Part shown: piece after piece, positions 17,803-28,390 of the stretch
Layout of the letters: every line of letters begins with the position of its first letter
How positions within the stretch are numbered: position 1 is the first letter of the stretch
NCBI GenBank assembly: GCA_031285625.1
Contig: JAITVV010000050.1
Location: forward strand, 1 to 45,304
Source: Prevotella sp.
GTDB lineage: Bacteria; Bacteroidota; Bacteroidia; Bacteroidales; Dysgonomonadaceae
Length of the DNA stretch: 45,304 nt
Direction: 5' to 3'
Notes under the pieces: model-generated
What the model was told of the DNA's origin: nothing
The model's input: only the letters and a program-made list of their open reading frames with translations
The model's database searches: none
Translations under genes and position numbers: made by a program

Positions 17803-20800
17803 TTACTTAACTAAGACTTTCTGAACGTAAGTTTTCTGAGCATAAGTGATTTTCACTATATAAATTCCTGAAGTGAGGTTATTACCCAGCTTGAAGCTTG
17901 CGGAGTGATTCTTCTCAACAGATATAGTACGACCAGAGAGGTCTATCAATTCGGCCTGTTCTACCTGTGTTGTTGTATTTAGTTTAACTTCAACATAACC
18001 GGAAAAAGGTATGATTGTGAAATCAGCGTTGACGCTTTCGCCTATAGTACTTTTAGGTATTGATTCATCAACTCTCATTCTACGATCTTTCAAATCTACA
18101 GTTACAATGTAAGTACCATCTTTTTCCAAGATGAATCGAGGATCGCCTTGGTAATTATTTGATATGTGATGAGTAAAGCCAAGGGTTACATTTACATTAG
18201 AACTCATGTATGGTACAAGTGAATTCCATGTGCCTAATTGTGTTATAAATTTGAAATGACCAGCTTTTAGTGCTCCAGTCCATCTATACATACCATCTCC
18301 AATTTCCGTCATTGGTGTAGCCATCGTATTATACCATCCGTTTGGTGTAGCGTCTCCAACCAAATAAATCAGATTATTACTTGGTAATCTCTTAACTGTC
18401 ATCAGCATGGTTGGCAATGATACTCTGATGCTGTACGTGCCTGTTTCAGGTATTATAAATCTGTAATCACCCTGATAATCTTCAGAAATATTGTGATTAT
18501 AACTTGTAATTATTTGTTCGTGGGCTTTAAGAGTTGGTACAATTGAATACCATGTGCCCAGTTGTGTTATAAATTTGAAATGACCTGCTCTTAATTCACC
18601 TTCCCATGTATATATACCTTCTGATTCCTGTGCCATTTGGGTTGCTTTTGTATTATCCCACCCATTTGGGGTCGCTTCCCCAACAAGATAAAGCTTATCA
18701 GGTTTAGGTCTGCTTATTACCATTGTATTATTTTGTAGATCTACAGTAATTTTATAAACTCCAGCCGCTGGAAGAATAAATCTGTAGTCACCCTGATAAT
18801 TAGTACTTATAGTGTGATAGTGGTCTATAATAACGGGTTCATTATTCTTATCGACAGGAACAATGGAGTTCCATGTGCCCAATTGTGTTATGAATTTGAA
18901 ATGGCCTGCTTTCATTTCTCCTCTCCATATGTATATATTATCCGTAATTTGCTCCATTGGAGTAGCCTTAGTATTATCCCATCCATTCGGGGTTGCTTCC
19001 CCTACAAGATAAATAAGTTTATTGGAAACAAGCTTATTTACTACCATTGTATTTTTCTCTATATCTACAGTAATTTTATAAGTCCCGGCCTCAGGAAGAA
19101 TAAATCTGTAGTCACCCTGATAATTAGTACTTATATTGTGATAGTGGTCTATAATAATGGATTCATTATTCTTATTGACAGGAACAATAGAGTTCCATGT
19201 GCCCAGTTGTGTTATAAATTTGAAATGGCCTGCTGTCATTTCGCCTTCCCATGAATATATATTATCCGACAATTGTTCCATTGGAGTAGCTTTTGTATTA
19301 TCCCATCCATTCGGAGTTGCTTCCCCGACAAGATATAATGGGATACCCATCCTGCTCTTCTCTTCCACTAACATTGTCCAGTTCTTTACGTCTACTGTAA
19401 TATTATAGATGGCGGATTTGGATATTTTGAATTTGTTATCTCCCTGTACTGCATTAGTAATGACTAACTTCATAGGGCTGTCTGAAATCTCTTGGTCGCT
19501 GACCTCTGAGTTGATCGAAGGGCTCCAGGATGATTTTGTTGTAATGAATTTAAAATCGCCCACAGTCATTACACCTTCCCAGTTGAAGATTCCTTCTTTA
19601 TCTTTGACTGGTTCCATTTTAACAGGATTGTTTGCATCCCATCCACATGGAGCGGCAGCACCAACTAAATACAATTCATCTAATACTTTTTCATTAACGG
19701 TTACAGTCTTCTCTATTGTGTTTAATAGAACTTCATAATAACCGGATTTATCCATCTTAAATTTATAATCATAAGCTGAAGTAACTGCATTTACATTGAT
19801 GTTTTGTACTCCACCTAAAGCTATTACTTGATTATTTACTGTGGCATTAATAGCAGGAAACCATGAATTTTGAAAATTTACAAATTTAAAATCGCTAGCT
19901 CTCAAAATACCTGTCCATGATAATATACCATCTTTATCTAACACAGGTGACATTTTCTGAGCACCACTTTGTACCCACCCATTAGGCGAAGCATCACCTA
20001 TGAGAAATGCTTGGGTTTGGCTTATTTTTAATTTCTGGTTATTATTACTTGTACTGGCTACCAAAGATATTTTGTTGTCAGCTAATACCAAGGCTAAGCC
20101 TGTGGCCTCTGATATAACATTAAAAACACCATTCTCAGATGTTTTCTTTAATTTCCAATATTGATTGGTTGTATTTGCATTCGTTGATAATGTAAGATTA
20201 TTCCCATTTACTGATAGGTATTGATTACTACCATCTGTGGTCTGAATTTTATAAGAAGAGTTTGTTGCTTTAGATATCAGCCAGCTTTGGCTTTTTTCAT
20301 CTGTAAACTTGCTTACTGTAAAGTTTTTATTCGTTACTGTTAAAGAATTATCTGCATAAGTAATTTTATAGTATCCGTCGGTTAGATTTGTATATCCAAA
20401 TAGCCATGGAACTAAGGTCTCCTCATTAAAAGCGTTATACCATGAAGGGTGTTTAACATTTGCATATTCGGTATACTTAGCATTGTTACCCTTAGTTTGG
20501 ATTAATCTTTGGTATACATCTCTTGAGTAATTTACACTCACAACATCATCAGCACTTCCGTGGAATATCCATAGAGGGATGTGTGCAAATGATGCTAATT
20601 TTGTTTGATTGGCAGTTGAACCACCACAAATAGGAAATGCTGCAGCAAAAGTATTTGGCATACGCCACAACAATTCAAATGTAGTCATTGCTCCCATCGA
20701 CATACCTCCAATGTATATTCGGCTCGCATCAACGTTAGGATTAGCACTCCATTCCTTAATAAATGCCATAAGTAGTGTCATTGCTTCTGTAGGTGCTTCT

Positions 20801-21162
20801 TTGCTAAAATCAAATACAAAATTACCATTTGCCTCACTGATGCCATTTGCCCAATAAGTATCCGCAGGACATTGGGGAGCGACTATTATTGACTCGAACT
20901 CTCCGGCGAACTTTCTTTCCAGAAAATCTCCAATACCTGATTCTGTTAATTGCTTTGAATTGTCATCTCCACGTTCACCAGTACCATGTAAAAATATCAC
21001 TAATGGATATTTTTTAGATTTATCACTGGGCTGAGATACTCGGTAGGGTAGTCTTTTACCATTGGATTCATAGTGCTTCGAAATAAAATTTTCATAATTC
21101 TGGGAGAAGCCTGTTATAGTAATGAATACAAACAAGCCTAATAAAAGTAACTTTTTCTTCAT
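17803..21162 (-). CDS. T9SS-secreted multidomain esterase: alpha/beta hydrolase, ricin-B-like domain, six SusE/SusF-like modules, T9SS C-terminal domain
   Basis: Signal peptide; FLHGTGE, nucleophile GMSMG, HGSADDVV, His in KHPSW; QxW repeats (QSW, QYW); six LxG.A.PxGW...FKF modules; C-terminal 'DLSGR...LTSGIYIVKI...QKVLVK'. Confidence 0.85.
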   Translation of the reverse strand: MKKKLLLLGLFVFITITGFSQNYENFISKHYESNGKRLPYRVSQPSDKSKKYPLVIFLHGTGERGDDNSKQLTESGIGDFLERKFAGEFESIIVAPQCPADTYWANGISEANGNFVFDFSKEAPTEAMTLLMAFIKEWSANPNVDASRIYIGGMSMGAMTTFELLWRMPNTFAAAFPICGGSTANQTKLASFAHIPLWIFHGSADDVVSVNYSRDVYQRLIQTKGNNAKYTEYANVKHPSWYNAFNEETLVPWLFGYTNLTDGYYKITYADNSLTVTNKNFTVSKFTDEKSQSWLISKATNSSYKIQTTDGSNQYLSVNGNNLTLSTNANTTNQYWKLKKTSENGVFNVISEATGLALVLADNKISLVASTSNNNQKLKISQTQAFLIGDASPNGWVQSGAQKMSPVLDKDGILSWTGILRASDFKFVNFQNSWFPAINATVNNQVIALGGVQNINVNAVTSAYDYKFKMDKSGYYEVLLNTIEKTVTVNEKVLDELYLVGAAAPCGWDANNPVKMEPVKDKEGIFNWEGVMTVGDFKFITTKSSWSPSINSEVSDQEISDSPMKLVITNAVQGDNKFKISKSAIYNITVDVKNWTMLVEEKSRMGIPLYLVGEATPNGWDNTKATPMEQLSDNIYSWEGEMTAGHFKFITQLGTWNSIVPVNKNNESIIIDHYHNISTNYQGDYRFILPEAGTYKITVDIEKNTMVVNKLVSNKLIYLVGEATPNGWDNTKATPMEQITDNIYIWRGEMKAGHFKFITQLGTWNSIVPVDKNNEPVIIDHYHTISTNYQGDYRFILPAAGVYKITVDLQNNTMVISRPKPDKLYLVGEATPNGWDNTKATQMAQESEGIYTWEGELRAGHFKFITQLGTWYSIVPTLKAHEQIITSYNHNISEDYQGDYRFIIPETGTYSIRVSLPTMLMTVKRLPSNNLIYLVGDATPNGWYNTMATPMTEIGDGMYRWTGALKAGHFKFITQLGTWNSLVPYMSSNVNVTLGFTHHISNNYQGDPRFILEKDGTYIVTVDLKDRRMRVDESIPKSTIGESVNADFTIIPFSGYVEVKLNTTTQVEQAELIDLSGRTISVEKNHSASFKLGNNLTSGIYIVKITYAQKTYVQKVLVK
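18070..20010 (-). repeat. Six tandem ~108-aa intragenic repeats (SusE/F-like)
   Basis: Repeated 'YLVGEATPNGWDNTKATPM...GHFKFITQLGTWNS...YQGDYRF'; DNA at 18781 and 19105 is near-identical at a 324-bp offset. Confidence 0.9.
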
Positions 21163-21278
21163 GTGTAGTTTGTTGTCTTTTAAAAATGTAGCCCCAAAGA
21201 TATATTTATATGTTAATCACTCCAAAATAATTTGAAATTTTTTTTAACAATTTGTTAAGTATGCTGACTGGAATAATA

Positions 21279-21316
21279 AAAACTCCCCTGAAAGATTATT
21301 CTTTCAGGGGAGTTTT
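21279..21316 (-). terminator. Intrinsic terminator of the GH20 gene
   Basis: AAAACTCCCCTGAAAGA-TTAT-TCTTTCAGGGGAGTTTT perfect hairpin. Confidence 0.88.
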
Positions 21317-21335
21317 ATGTTAATGTGGTGTCTTT

Positions 21336-23696
21336 TTATTTAAAATAATTTGCATCCAGATAGCTGAATTCAGCTTGGTCTGCCTTACGGATACCTACAT
21401 AAATGTTTTCCCATTGGGTCGGCCATCCACCGAATATTGCCCCTAATCTTATCAGTTTAAATGAGTGCGGTCCTTTAGCTAATGCTGTTGATTTATCACT
21501 ACGTGAGAATCTACGGGCAGTATTATGATTGTCTTTCTCGTTTGATATAAGTAATTTACCATCGATCCACAATTCAAAGTCAGTAGCAAAGTAATATACC
21601 GCATCTTCATTAAGATTAATATAGCCTGTAAGAACTGTAGAATAAAAATCATCTGCATATGGCTCTGTATAGTTTTTTACTCTATATTTCGAATCCTGTG
21701 GTGCTGCAATATATTCTGTTTCAGTTGGAGTTTTACCTTCCAGTTCTGCTACAGTCAGAGTATAACCCTTATAATATTCTGCTTTAAGACCAGACTTTGC
21801 ATCCTTTTCTTTTTCAACAGCAGGCGCGTATGATTGTTTTTCAATTGTAATAGTACGCACTGGGCTCATTTTGTCAGATAACATTACCGAACGGATCTTT
21901 AGTGTTGTATTTTTGGTAAATGTTAATGGGTTAGAATATGCTTCAGATGTTAAAGTTGGCTCAGTTCCATCTGTTGTATAAACCATCTTAACCGGCTCGG
22001 TTGTTTTGAACTCCAGAGTTGTCTGATCTGTAAATGCTACAAAATCACATGATGGTGCACCTTTTTGTTCAGGAAGAGGTATATAGTAATTTATTTTGTG
22101 CATATCCAGACGCACACGCTGGTTGTCAATACGACGCTCAAAGTCTTTATAATTCTTCTTTTCTTTTGGTGTCCAGTCTAACTCAGCTAGGGCTATAATA
22201 CGCGGATAGATATCCTGTTCCATATATTCGCCGTCGTAATTATACTCGTTCCACATATTTGCCTGAGCACCTAGAATATGATGCCTTTTATCTTCTGCTA
22301 TTTTTTCAGGAACGGGTTCATAGTTATATACTTTTTCGAGTGTTAATAAACCTCCGATAGTAACAGGATGTATTTTATAATCTCCATGATATTTATCAAT
22401 ATACATCCATGCTCCAGGAGTCATAATGACATCATGGCCCATGTTAGCAGCAGCAATGCCACCTTCTTCTCCCTGCCAGCTCATCACTGTTGCAGTAGGG
22501 GCTAATCCACCTTCAAGTATTTCATCCCAACCTATCATCTTCTTATTATGTTTCAACAAGAATTTTTCGATACGTTGTACAAAATAGCTTTGTAGCTTTT
22601 CTTCTGCAGAATGATCTTTATCCGCTTTAAGCCCGAGCTCTTTGATACGTGCCTGGCATTTAGGGCAAACTTTCCATCTGTCTTTTGGACATTCATCACC
22701 TCCGATGTGGAAATATTCACTTTCGAATAATGGAATTACTTCAGCAATAACATTTTCCAGAAATTGGAAAACAGAATCATTTCCTGCACAATATACATCG
22801 TTTGCTACTCCCCAGAAGTTACGTACATCTATTTGTTTACCTGTACATGAAAGTTCGGGATAGGCTGATATAGCAGCAACACCATGTCCTGGTAGTTCCA
22901 CCTCAGGAATAACTTCTATAAAACGCTCTTTAGCATAGGCTACAACCTCCTTTATCTGATCTTGAGTATAGAAGTAAGGACCATATTCATTTCCTTCACC
23001 TTCTATTCTTGTAGCTCCTATTTCTGTCAGTTTAGGATATTTTTTTATTTCAATACGCCAAGCCTGATCTTCAGTCAGATGCCAGTGAAATGTATTTATT
23101 TTAAACATAGCCAGTACATCCAACTGTTTCTTTATGAAGTCTACGTCTACAAAATGACGACATACATCAAGATGCAGACCACGGTATTTGAATCTAGGCT
23201 CATCTTTGATTGTTACAGCCGGCATTTTCCACACAATGTTTTTTACTAATACAGGGCTCTCAATTTCTGCAGGTAGCAACTGCATAACTGTTTGCATTCC
23301 GTAAAACAAACCACGAGCTGTTTTGGCTTGAATATCAATTCCCTTATCAGTAACATCAAGCAGATAGCCTTCTTCGTTAACGGGAACATCAGCTACTAGT
23401 GCTAGATTTATATAATCAATTGCAGGCTTTGTTTTTTCTATTTTCAAATCATAGCCTGTGGAGCCTTTGATTTTAGCAGCGAAGTAAGCCGCTACTTTTT
23501 CTGTTTCGGCATCATTTGCAACAAAAACTATACTTTTAACCAGTTTAAAAGTATCCTCTTTTTGTATAAGTTCTAGAGGCAACGGTGTAATATTGATGCC
23601 TTCATTGTATGGCTTATGAACGGTTGGTTCACTTCCTCCGCATGAAAACATAAATAATAGCACCATAAATGAAAAGATTGGGATTAGTTTTTTCAT
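21336..23696 (-). CDS. GH20 beta-N-acetylhexosaminidase, lipoprotein, with C-terminal accessory domains
   Basis: Lipobox MFS-C; RGLHLDVCRHF, HWHLTEDQ, catalytic HIGGDE, GWDE; YTTDGTEP and a PA14-like tail. Confidence 0.95.
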   Translation of the reverse strand: MKKLIPIFSFMVLLFMFSCGGSEPTVHKPYNEGINITPLPLELIQKEDTFKLVKSIVFVANDAETEKVAAYFAAKIKGSTGYDLKIEKTKPAIDYINLALVADVPVNEEGYLLDVTDKGIDIQAKTARGLFYGMQTVMQLLPAEIESPVLVKNIVWKMPAVTIKDEPRFKYRGLHLDVCRHFVDVDFIKKQLDVLAMFKINTFHWHLTEDQAWRIEIKKYPKLTEIGATRIEGEGNEYGPYFYTQDQIKEVVAYAKERFIEVIPEVELPGHGVAAISAYPELSCTGKQIDVRNFWGVANDVYCAGNDSVFQFLENVIAEVIPLFESEYFHIGGDECPKDRWKVCPKCQARIKELGLKADKDHSAEEKLQSYFVQRIEKFLLKHNKKMIGWDEILEGGLAPTATVMSWQGEEGGIAAANMGHDVIMTPGAWMYIDKYHGDYKIHPVTIGGLLTLEKVYNYEPVPEKIAEDKRHHILGAQANMWNEYNYDGEYMEQDIYPRIIALAELDWTPKEKKNYKDFERRIDNQRVRLDMHKINYYIPLPEQKGAPSCDFVAFTDQTTLEFKTTEPVKMVYTTDGTEPTLTSEAYSNPLTFTKNTTLKIRSVMLSDKMSPVRTITIEKQSYAPAVEKEKDAKSGLKAEYYKGYTLTVAELEGKTPTETEYIAAPQDSKYRVKNYTEPYADDFYSTVLTGYINLNEDAVYYFATDFELWIDGKLLISNEKDNHNTARRFSRSDKSTALAKGPHSFKLIRLGAIFGGWPTQWENIYVGIRKADQAEFSYLDANYFK

Positions 23697-23905
23697 CGAT
23701 TTAATGGGTTTAACGTTTAATGATCTTGGTATTTAAGTTATGAATGCAAATATACATATCGTTTATTGTATATCAGCGCACTAAATGTTAATTAACACTT
23801 TGCCCTGAGTGTTAAAACGAGGTTTAATAATAAACAATAGTCTTATTAGAATCGTTAATATAATCATACACAAAATGATGTAAACTATTAAAAAAAGGCA
23901 TACAA

Positions 23906-25639
23906 ATGAGTAAAAAAGTAGCAGACCAATTGATTGATGTTCTGGAGCAGGCTGGAATTAAACGTATTTATGCTGTGACGGGGGATAGCCTGAACAGGGT
24001 AAATGAGGCAGTAAGAAAGAGCAAGTCGGTAAAATGGGTCCATGTAAGAAATGAAGAGGTTGGGGCATACGCTGCAACAGCAGAGTCAGAATTAAATGGT
24101 ATTGCTTGCTGTGCCGGAAGCAGTGGCCCGGGACATGTGCATTTGATAAATGGCTTGTATGAAGCTCATAGAACGGGAACACCGCTTCTTGCTATCGCTT
24201 CAACTTGTGCTACCTATGAGTTTGGAACGTCTTATTTTCAGGAAACGAATATAATTAAACTATTTGATGACTGTAGTGGTTACAATCAGGTTGCAACCAC
24301 ACCTCAGCAGTTTTCGAGAATGTTGCAAGCGTCTTTGCAATGTGCTTTTCATAGGAAAGGGGTTGCTGTATTGGGATTATCCGGAGATATAACAGATATG
24401 GCTGCAGAAGGCAGTATTACAACTGATTATTTGTTACCAACAAAAGGAATATACAGACCCCTAGACTCAGAAGTTGCTATGTTGGCAGATCTTATTAACA
24501 ATCATAAGAAGATAACAATATATTGTGGTATAGGAGCTAAGGATGCACATTCAGAACTTATAGAACTAGCATCGCGTATAAAAGCGCCTGTGGCTTACAG
24601 CTTCAGGGGAAAAATGTCTGTTCAGTATGATAACCCATATGAAATAGGCATGACCGGGCTCTTGGGGTTCCCATCAGCTTATGCAAGTATGCATGATTCT
24701 GATCTTTTGATATTGTTAGGTACTGATTTTCCTTATGAAGGATTTATGCCTGATTGTAAGATTGTACAAGTTGATAATAAACCCGAAAGAATAGGAAGAA
24801 GAGCAAAGATAGATATGGCTCTGGGTGGTGATGTTAAAGATACTCTTGACGCACTTTTACCTTTGATTACAGAAAAAACGGATAATAGTTTCCTTAAGAA
24901 GCAATTAAAAAATTATGATAAGGTAAAAGATAATCTATACAAATTAGGAAATGATAAAGGAAAAGAAAATTCTATCTCTCCGGAGCATGTAGCTTATACA
25001 ATTGATAAATTGGCTGATTCAGATGCCATATTTACTGTTGATACAGGAATGTGCTGTGTATGGGGAGCCAGATTCCTTACTGCTACAGGACAACGAGAAA
25101 TGCTGGGTTCGTTTAGCCATGGATCTATGGCGAATGCAATGCCGATGGCGATCGGTGCTGCTTTTGCTCGTCCAGACCAGCAGATAATAGCGCTTTGTGG
25201 CGATGGTGGTCTGTCAATGCAAATGGGAGATCTGGCTACAATAGTTCAATATAGGTTACCAATTAAATTAGTTGTATTTAACAACAGATCTTTGGGGATG
25301 GTAAAACTGGAAATGGAGGTTGCAGGCCTACCTGATTGGCAAACAGATATGTATAATCCCGATTTTGCCGCTGTGGCTATAGCTATGGGTATGCCGGGAG
25401 TGTCTGTCTCTGATCCTGAGAAGGTAGAGGCAACTTTAAAAGAGGCCTTTGCAATGGAAGGTCCGGTATTAGTAAATATTTACACTAATCCGGATGCACT
25501 TGCTATGCCTCCGAAAGTTGATTTTGACCAGATGAAAGGATTTGCAACTGCAATGACAAAATTGATTCTAGCCGGACGCATCAGCGAAGTGATAGATACG
25601 GCTAAGAGTAATATGAAACATTTAGGTGAGGTATTGTAA
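23906..25639 (+). CDS. poxB: ThDP-dependent pyruvate oxidase/dehydrogenase (PoxB-like)
   Basis: GDSLN, GSSGPG, GMTGLLG, HGSMANA, GDGG...NN ThDP motif, LGMVKLEM. Confidence 0.88.
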   Translation: MSKKVADQLIDVLEQAGIKRIYAVTGDSLNRVNEAVRKSKSVKWVHVRNEEVGAYAATAESELNGIACCAGSSGPGHVHLINGLYEAHRTGTPLLAIASTCATYEFGTSYFQETNIIKLFDDCSGYNQVATTPQQFSRMLQASLQCAFHRKGVAVLGLSGDITDMAAEGSITTDYLLPTKGIYRPLDSEVAMLADLINNHKKITIYCGIGAKDAHSELIELASRIKAPVAYSFRGKMSVQYDNPYEIGMTGLLGFPSAYASMHDSDLLILLGTDFPYEGFMPDCKIVQVDNKPERIGRRAKIDMALGGDVKDTLDALLPLITEKTDNSFLKKQLKNYDKVKDNLYKLGNDKGKENSISPEHVAYTIDKLADSDAIFTVDTGMCCVWGARFLTATGQREMLGSFSHGSMANAMPMAIGAAFARPDQQIIALCGDGGLSMQMGDLATIVQYRLPIKLVVFNNRSLGMVKLEMEVAGLPDWQTDMYNPDFAAVAIAMGMPGVSVSDPEKVEATLKEAFAMEGPVLVNIYTNPDALAMPPKVDFDQMKGFATAMTKLILAGRISEVIDTAKSNMKHLGEVL

Positions 25640-25687
25640 AGATTGCTTTAACACAAAAAAATTGCATGGTTCTATACTCACAAACGG

Positions 25688-25715
25688 AAAGAGGAATAAT
25701 ATTATTCCTCTTTTT
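25688..25715. terminator. Bidirectional terminator
   Basis: AAAGAGGAATAAT/ATTATTCCTCTTT palindrome with A/T tails between convergent genes. Confidence 0.75.
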
Positions 25716-25719
25716 ATTT

Positions 25720-27393
25720 TTAATAAAATAGCATTAATAACAATTGAGTGAATATGATACGTGCAAACATTGATACAGGATAAACTGTAGCATATGCTAC
25801 TGCAGGTTCATCATTTTCTATTGTGGAATTCACATAATTCAGGGCCATTGGATTAGCCATGCTTCCACAGAGCATGCCTACATTTCTTGCAAAATCGATT
25901 TTGTATATCTTCATTGCTATCAGGGCTACAACTAATACCGGAACAACGGTCAGAGAGAATCCAAAGGCAATCCATATCAAACCTTCTGTTTGGAAGACTG
26001 TTTCAAAGAAGTGCTCACCGGCACCAATTCCCAGACAGGCAAGATAGATTGTAAGTCCAAATTGGCGCATCAACAAATTTGCACTCTGGGTCGTATATGT
26101 TGTTATATGAAAACGAGGACCAAATGCTCCCATCAGTATACCTACAATGATCGGTCCTCCTGCTATACCAAGTTTTATAGGAAAATCCATACCTGGGAAA
26201 GGTAATGGCAGTGCCCCTAATACCAGACCAAGGGCTATACCAAGGAATATAGCTATCAGATTAGGTTTGTTCAATCGCTTTTCTTCATCTCCTAATATTT
26301 TAGCTACATTATCAATAGATGCTTTTTCTCCTACTACCGTGAGTTTATCACCCATTTGCAGCATTAATCCGGGTGAAGCTAAAAGATCTATTCCCGCCCG
26401 ATTTATACGGGTAATATTTATCCCGTAATTATTTCTCAGTTTCAAAGAACCAAGCTTTTCTCCGTTTATCTTACTGTTAGTAATAATAATCCTGCGGGAA
26501 ACCAATTGACTGTTATCAATATGGTTCCAGTCTATATCTTCTTTATTCCAGTCAACGTTTTCCTGTTCGCCGAACAATATCTTTATATGTTCAACATCAT
26601 ATTTTTTAGAGATGATAAGCAGATGATCGTTGTGTCTCAATATACTTTCAGAAGTTGGTATAGTAACTACCCCATCATGCCATATACGTGAAATAACAAA
26701 ATGCTTTGCAGACAATTTCATTATATCACGAATTGTTTTGCCTTCTACAGCCGGATTGGTAATATGAAATTCGCCAACATGCATTTCACTGTCTTTCTTC
26801 TCTGATAGCTTAGAGAATTCATCTTTAGGTACGAAAAGTTTGCGAAGGAATACAATTGCCAATATAACACCTACAACGCCTAAAGGATAAGCTACTGCCG
26901 TAGCCAAAGCCATATCGGAGATTACTCTCATGTCTCCCGAAATTTGCTTTAATGCTTGTTGTGCAGCCCCAAGAGCGGGTGTATTAGTTGTAGCGCCACA
27001 AAGTATTCCTACCATATTAGGAAGGGAAATATTACTGGCATAACTGAATATTACAGTAAATATCAATCCTAGGAATACAACACCCAGTGCTAACATATTT
27101 AATCTTAATCCTCCTGCTCTTAAAGAAGAGAAAAATCCGGGACCGACTTGTAAGCCCAGAGCGTATACAAACAGGATAAGGCCGAAATTCTGAGCAAAAT
27201 TGAGCATATCCTTATTCAGGTCAAAATTAAAATGACCAATAATGATACCAACAAAGAAAACAAAGGTAATACCCAGCGAAATGTTGAGGATTTTTAATTT
27301 ACCTAGTTGTAGTCCGATAGCAGATACAACAGAGATAATTATAATAGATAGAACCGAAGGCGATTCTGTAATGGTCTCTATAAACCAGTTCAT
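25720..27393 (-). CDS. YidE/YbjL (AspT family) putative transporter with two TrkA-C domains
   Basis: GLILFVYALGLQVGPGFF, GATTNTPALGAA, CGSMANPMAL, YATVYP; central RCK-C repeats. Confidence 0.92.
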   Translation of the reverse strand: MNWFIETITESPSVLSIIIISVVSAIGLQLGKLKILNISLGITFVFFVGIIIGHFNFDLNKDMLNFAQNFGLILFVYALGLQVGPGFFSSLRAGGLRLNMLALGVVFLGLIFTVIFSYASNISLPNMVGILCGATTNTPALGAAQQALKQISGDMRVISDMALATAVAYPLGVVGVILAIVFLRKLFVPKDEFSKLSEKKDSEMHVGEFHITNPAVEGKTIRDIMKLSAKHFVISRIWHDGVVTIPTSESILRHNDHLLIISKKYDVEHIKILFGEQENVDWNKEDIDWNHIDNSQLVSRRIIITNSKINGEKLGSLKLRNNYGINITRINRAGIDLLASPGLMLQMGDKLTVVGEKASIDNVAKILGDEEKRLNKPNLIAIFLGIALGLVLGALPLPFPGMDFPIKLGIAGGPIIVGILMGAFGPRFHITTYTTQSANLLMRQFGLTIYLACLGIGAGEHFFETVFQTEGLIWIAFGFSLTVVPVLVVALIAMKIYKIDFARNVGMLCGSMANPMALNYVNSTIENDEPAVAYATVYPVSMFARIIFTQLLLMLFY

Positions 27394-27534
27394 GACGTTA
27401 CACTGCTTTTAAAAACAGGCAGCAAAGGTAAGACAATTAATATAAATGTACCAATAAGCTATGTGAAAATTGGTAAATGATAGTTTATAAATAAATACTA
27501 TATTTGCATTTATGGAAATTTAACCTGATCGACT

Positions 27535-27840
27535 ATGGAAAAAAGCGACCTTTGTATGCCTATTCACGAAATATTTCATATCAGAGAAAGAGGTCTGGTG
27601 GTTACCGGAAGAATCGAAAAAGGCGAAGTCAGCATTGGAGACGTGGTGTACTTCGAAACAGCCGATGGTCAACTTATAAAGGATAATATTATTCTGGATG
27701 GGTTGGAAATATTTGGACGGATTACAACTGCAAATGAAGGAATGAATATTGGATTATTCTTCAAAATACCTTATGTGAAATCAAAAGATGAAGCATTGAG
27801 CGTATTGCCTTTGCAGATAGGCGACATAGTCCGTAAATAA
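27535..27840 (+). CDS. Stand-alone EF-Tu domain II-like beta-barrel protein
   Basis: MPIHEIFHIRERGLVVTGRIEKGEVSIGD...GLEIF...EGMNIGL aligns by eye with EF-Tu domain II ([29 protein letters not shown]...GVEMF...AGENVGV); own TATATTTG box at 27499-27506. Confidence 0.8.
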   Translation: MEKSDLCMPIHEIFHIRERGLVVTGRIEKGEVSIGDVVYFETADGQLIKDNIILDGLEIFGRITTANEGMNIGLFFKIPYVKSKDEALSVLPLQIGDIVRK

Positions 27841-28089
27841 TCGTGATAATCTTTAATGGGATCGTTTTTTCAATTTGTCTTCTACAGATACTTTAAGTTC
27901 GATATCAATTTTGTGTTTGTTCGTGATATACAAAGATAATAAAAAGGGATATCTCGATTTCGAATAGCTTCTTTATGTTGACTTAGCCCATATAAGTTAC
28001 TTTTTAAATGAGAAAAAGTATATAATTCGTTTTTGTAAATCTTGAATAGTAAAAGGTATCCTGCCAGGTTCAATGGAAATATCCTGCTA

Positions 28090-28390
28090 ACTACCCGCCT
28101 GTTATACGACCTTATTGACGGAGCAGATGATATATATTTTTATTCTGTTTATGAGAATGAAATATTAGCTGGATTCTTTATATACTGGGATCTCAAAGAT
28201 TCATTTTATAGCAATCTTTGCTGAAATGCGAAACCATAAGATAGGGCAGAAACTCCTTGAATGGGTCGCAGGAAACCTCAATAAACCCGTATTTTTGGAA
28301 GTAGATATTCCCTTTGATGACATTACACAAAGAAGGTTTAGTTTTTATAAACGGAACGGATTTATCGAAATTGCCCGTGATCCTTCAATA
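28090..28390 (+). pseudogene. GNAT N-acetyltransferase pseudogene
   Basis: 'AGFFIYWDLKDSFY' and 'MRNHKIGQKLL...PVFLEVD...RRFSFYKRNGF' lie in different frames; no intact N- or C-terminus. Boundaries approximate. Confidence 0.7.

Noticed and set aside
18070-20010. Periodic repeats as a CRISPR array or DGR template/variable repeat
   Set aside because: The ~324-bp units are in-frame protein domains; there are no spacers, cas genes or reverse transcriptase, and differences are not confined to adenines.
27535-27840. Calling this gene tuf or a tuf pseudogene
   Set aside because: No G-domain or domain III remnants, and far more diverged than EF-Tu orthologs are from each other.
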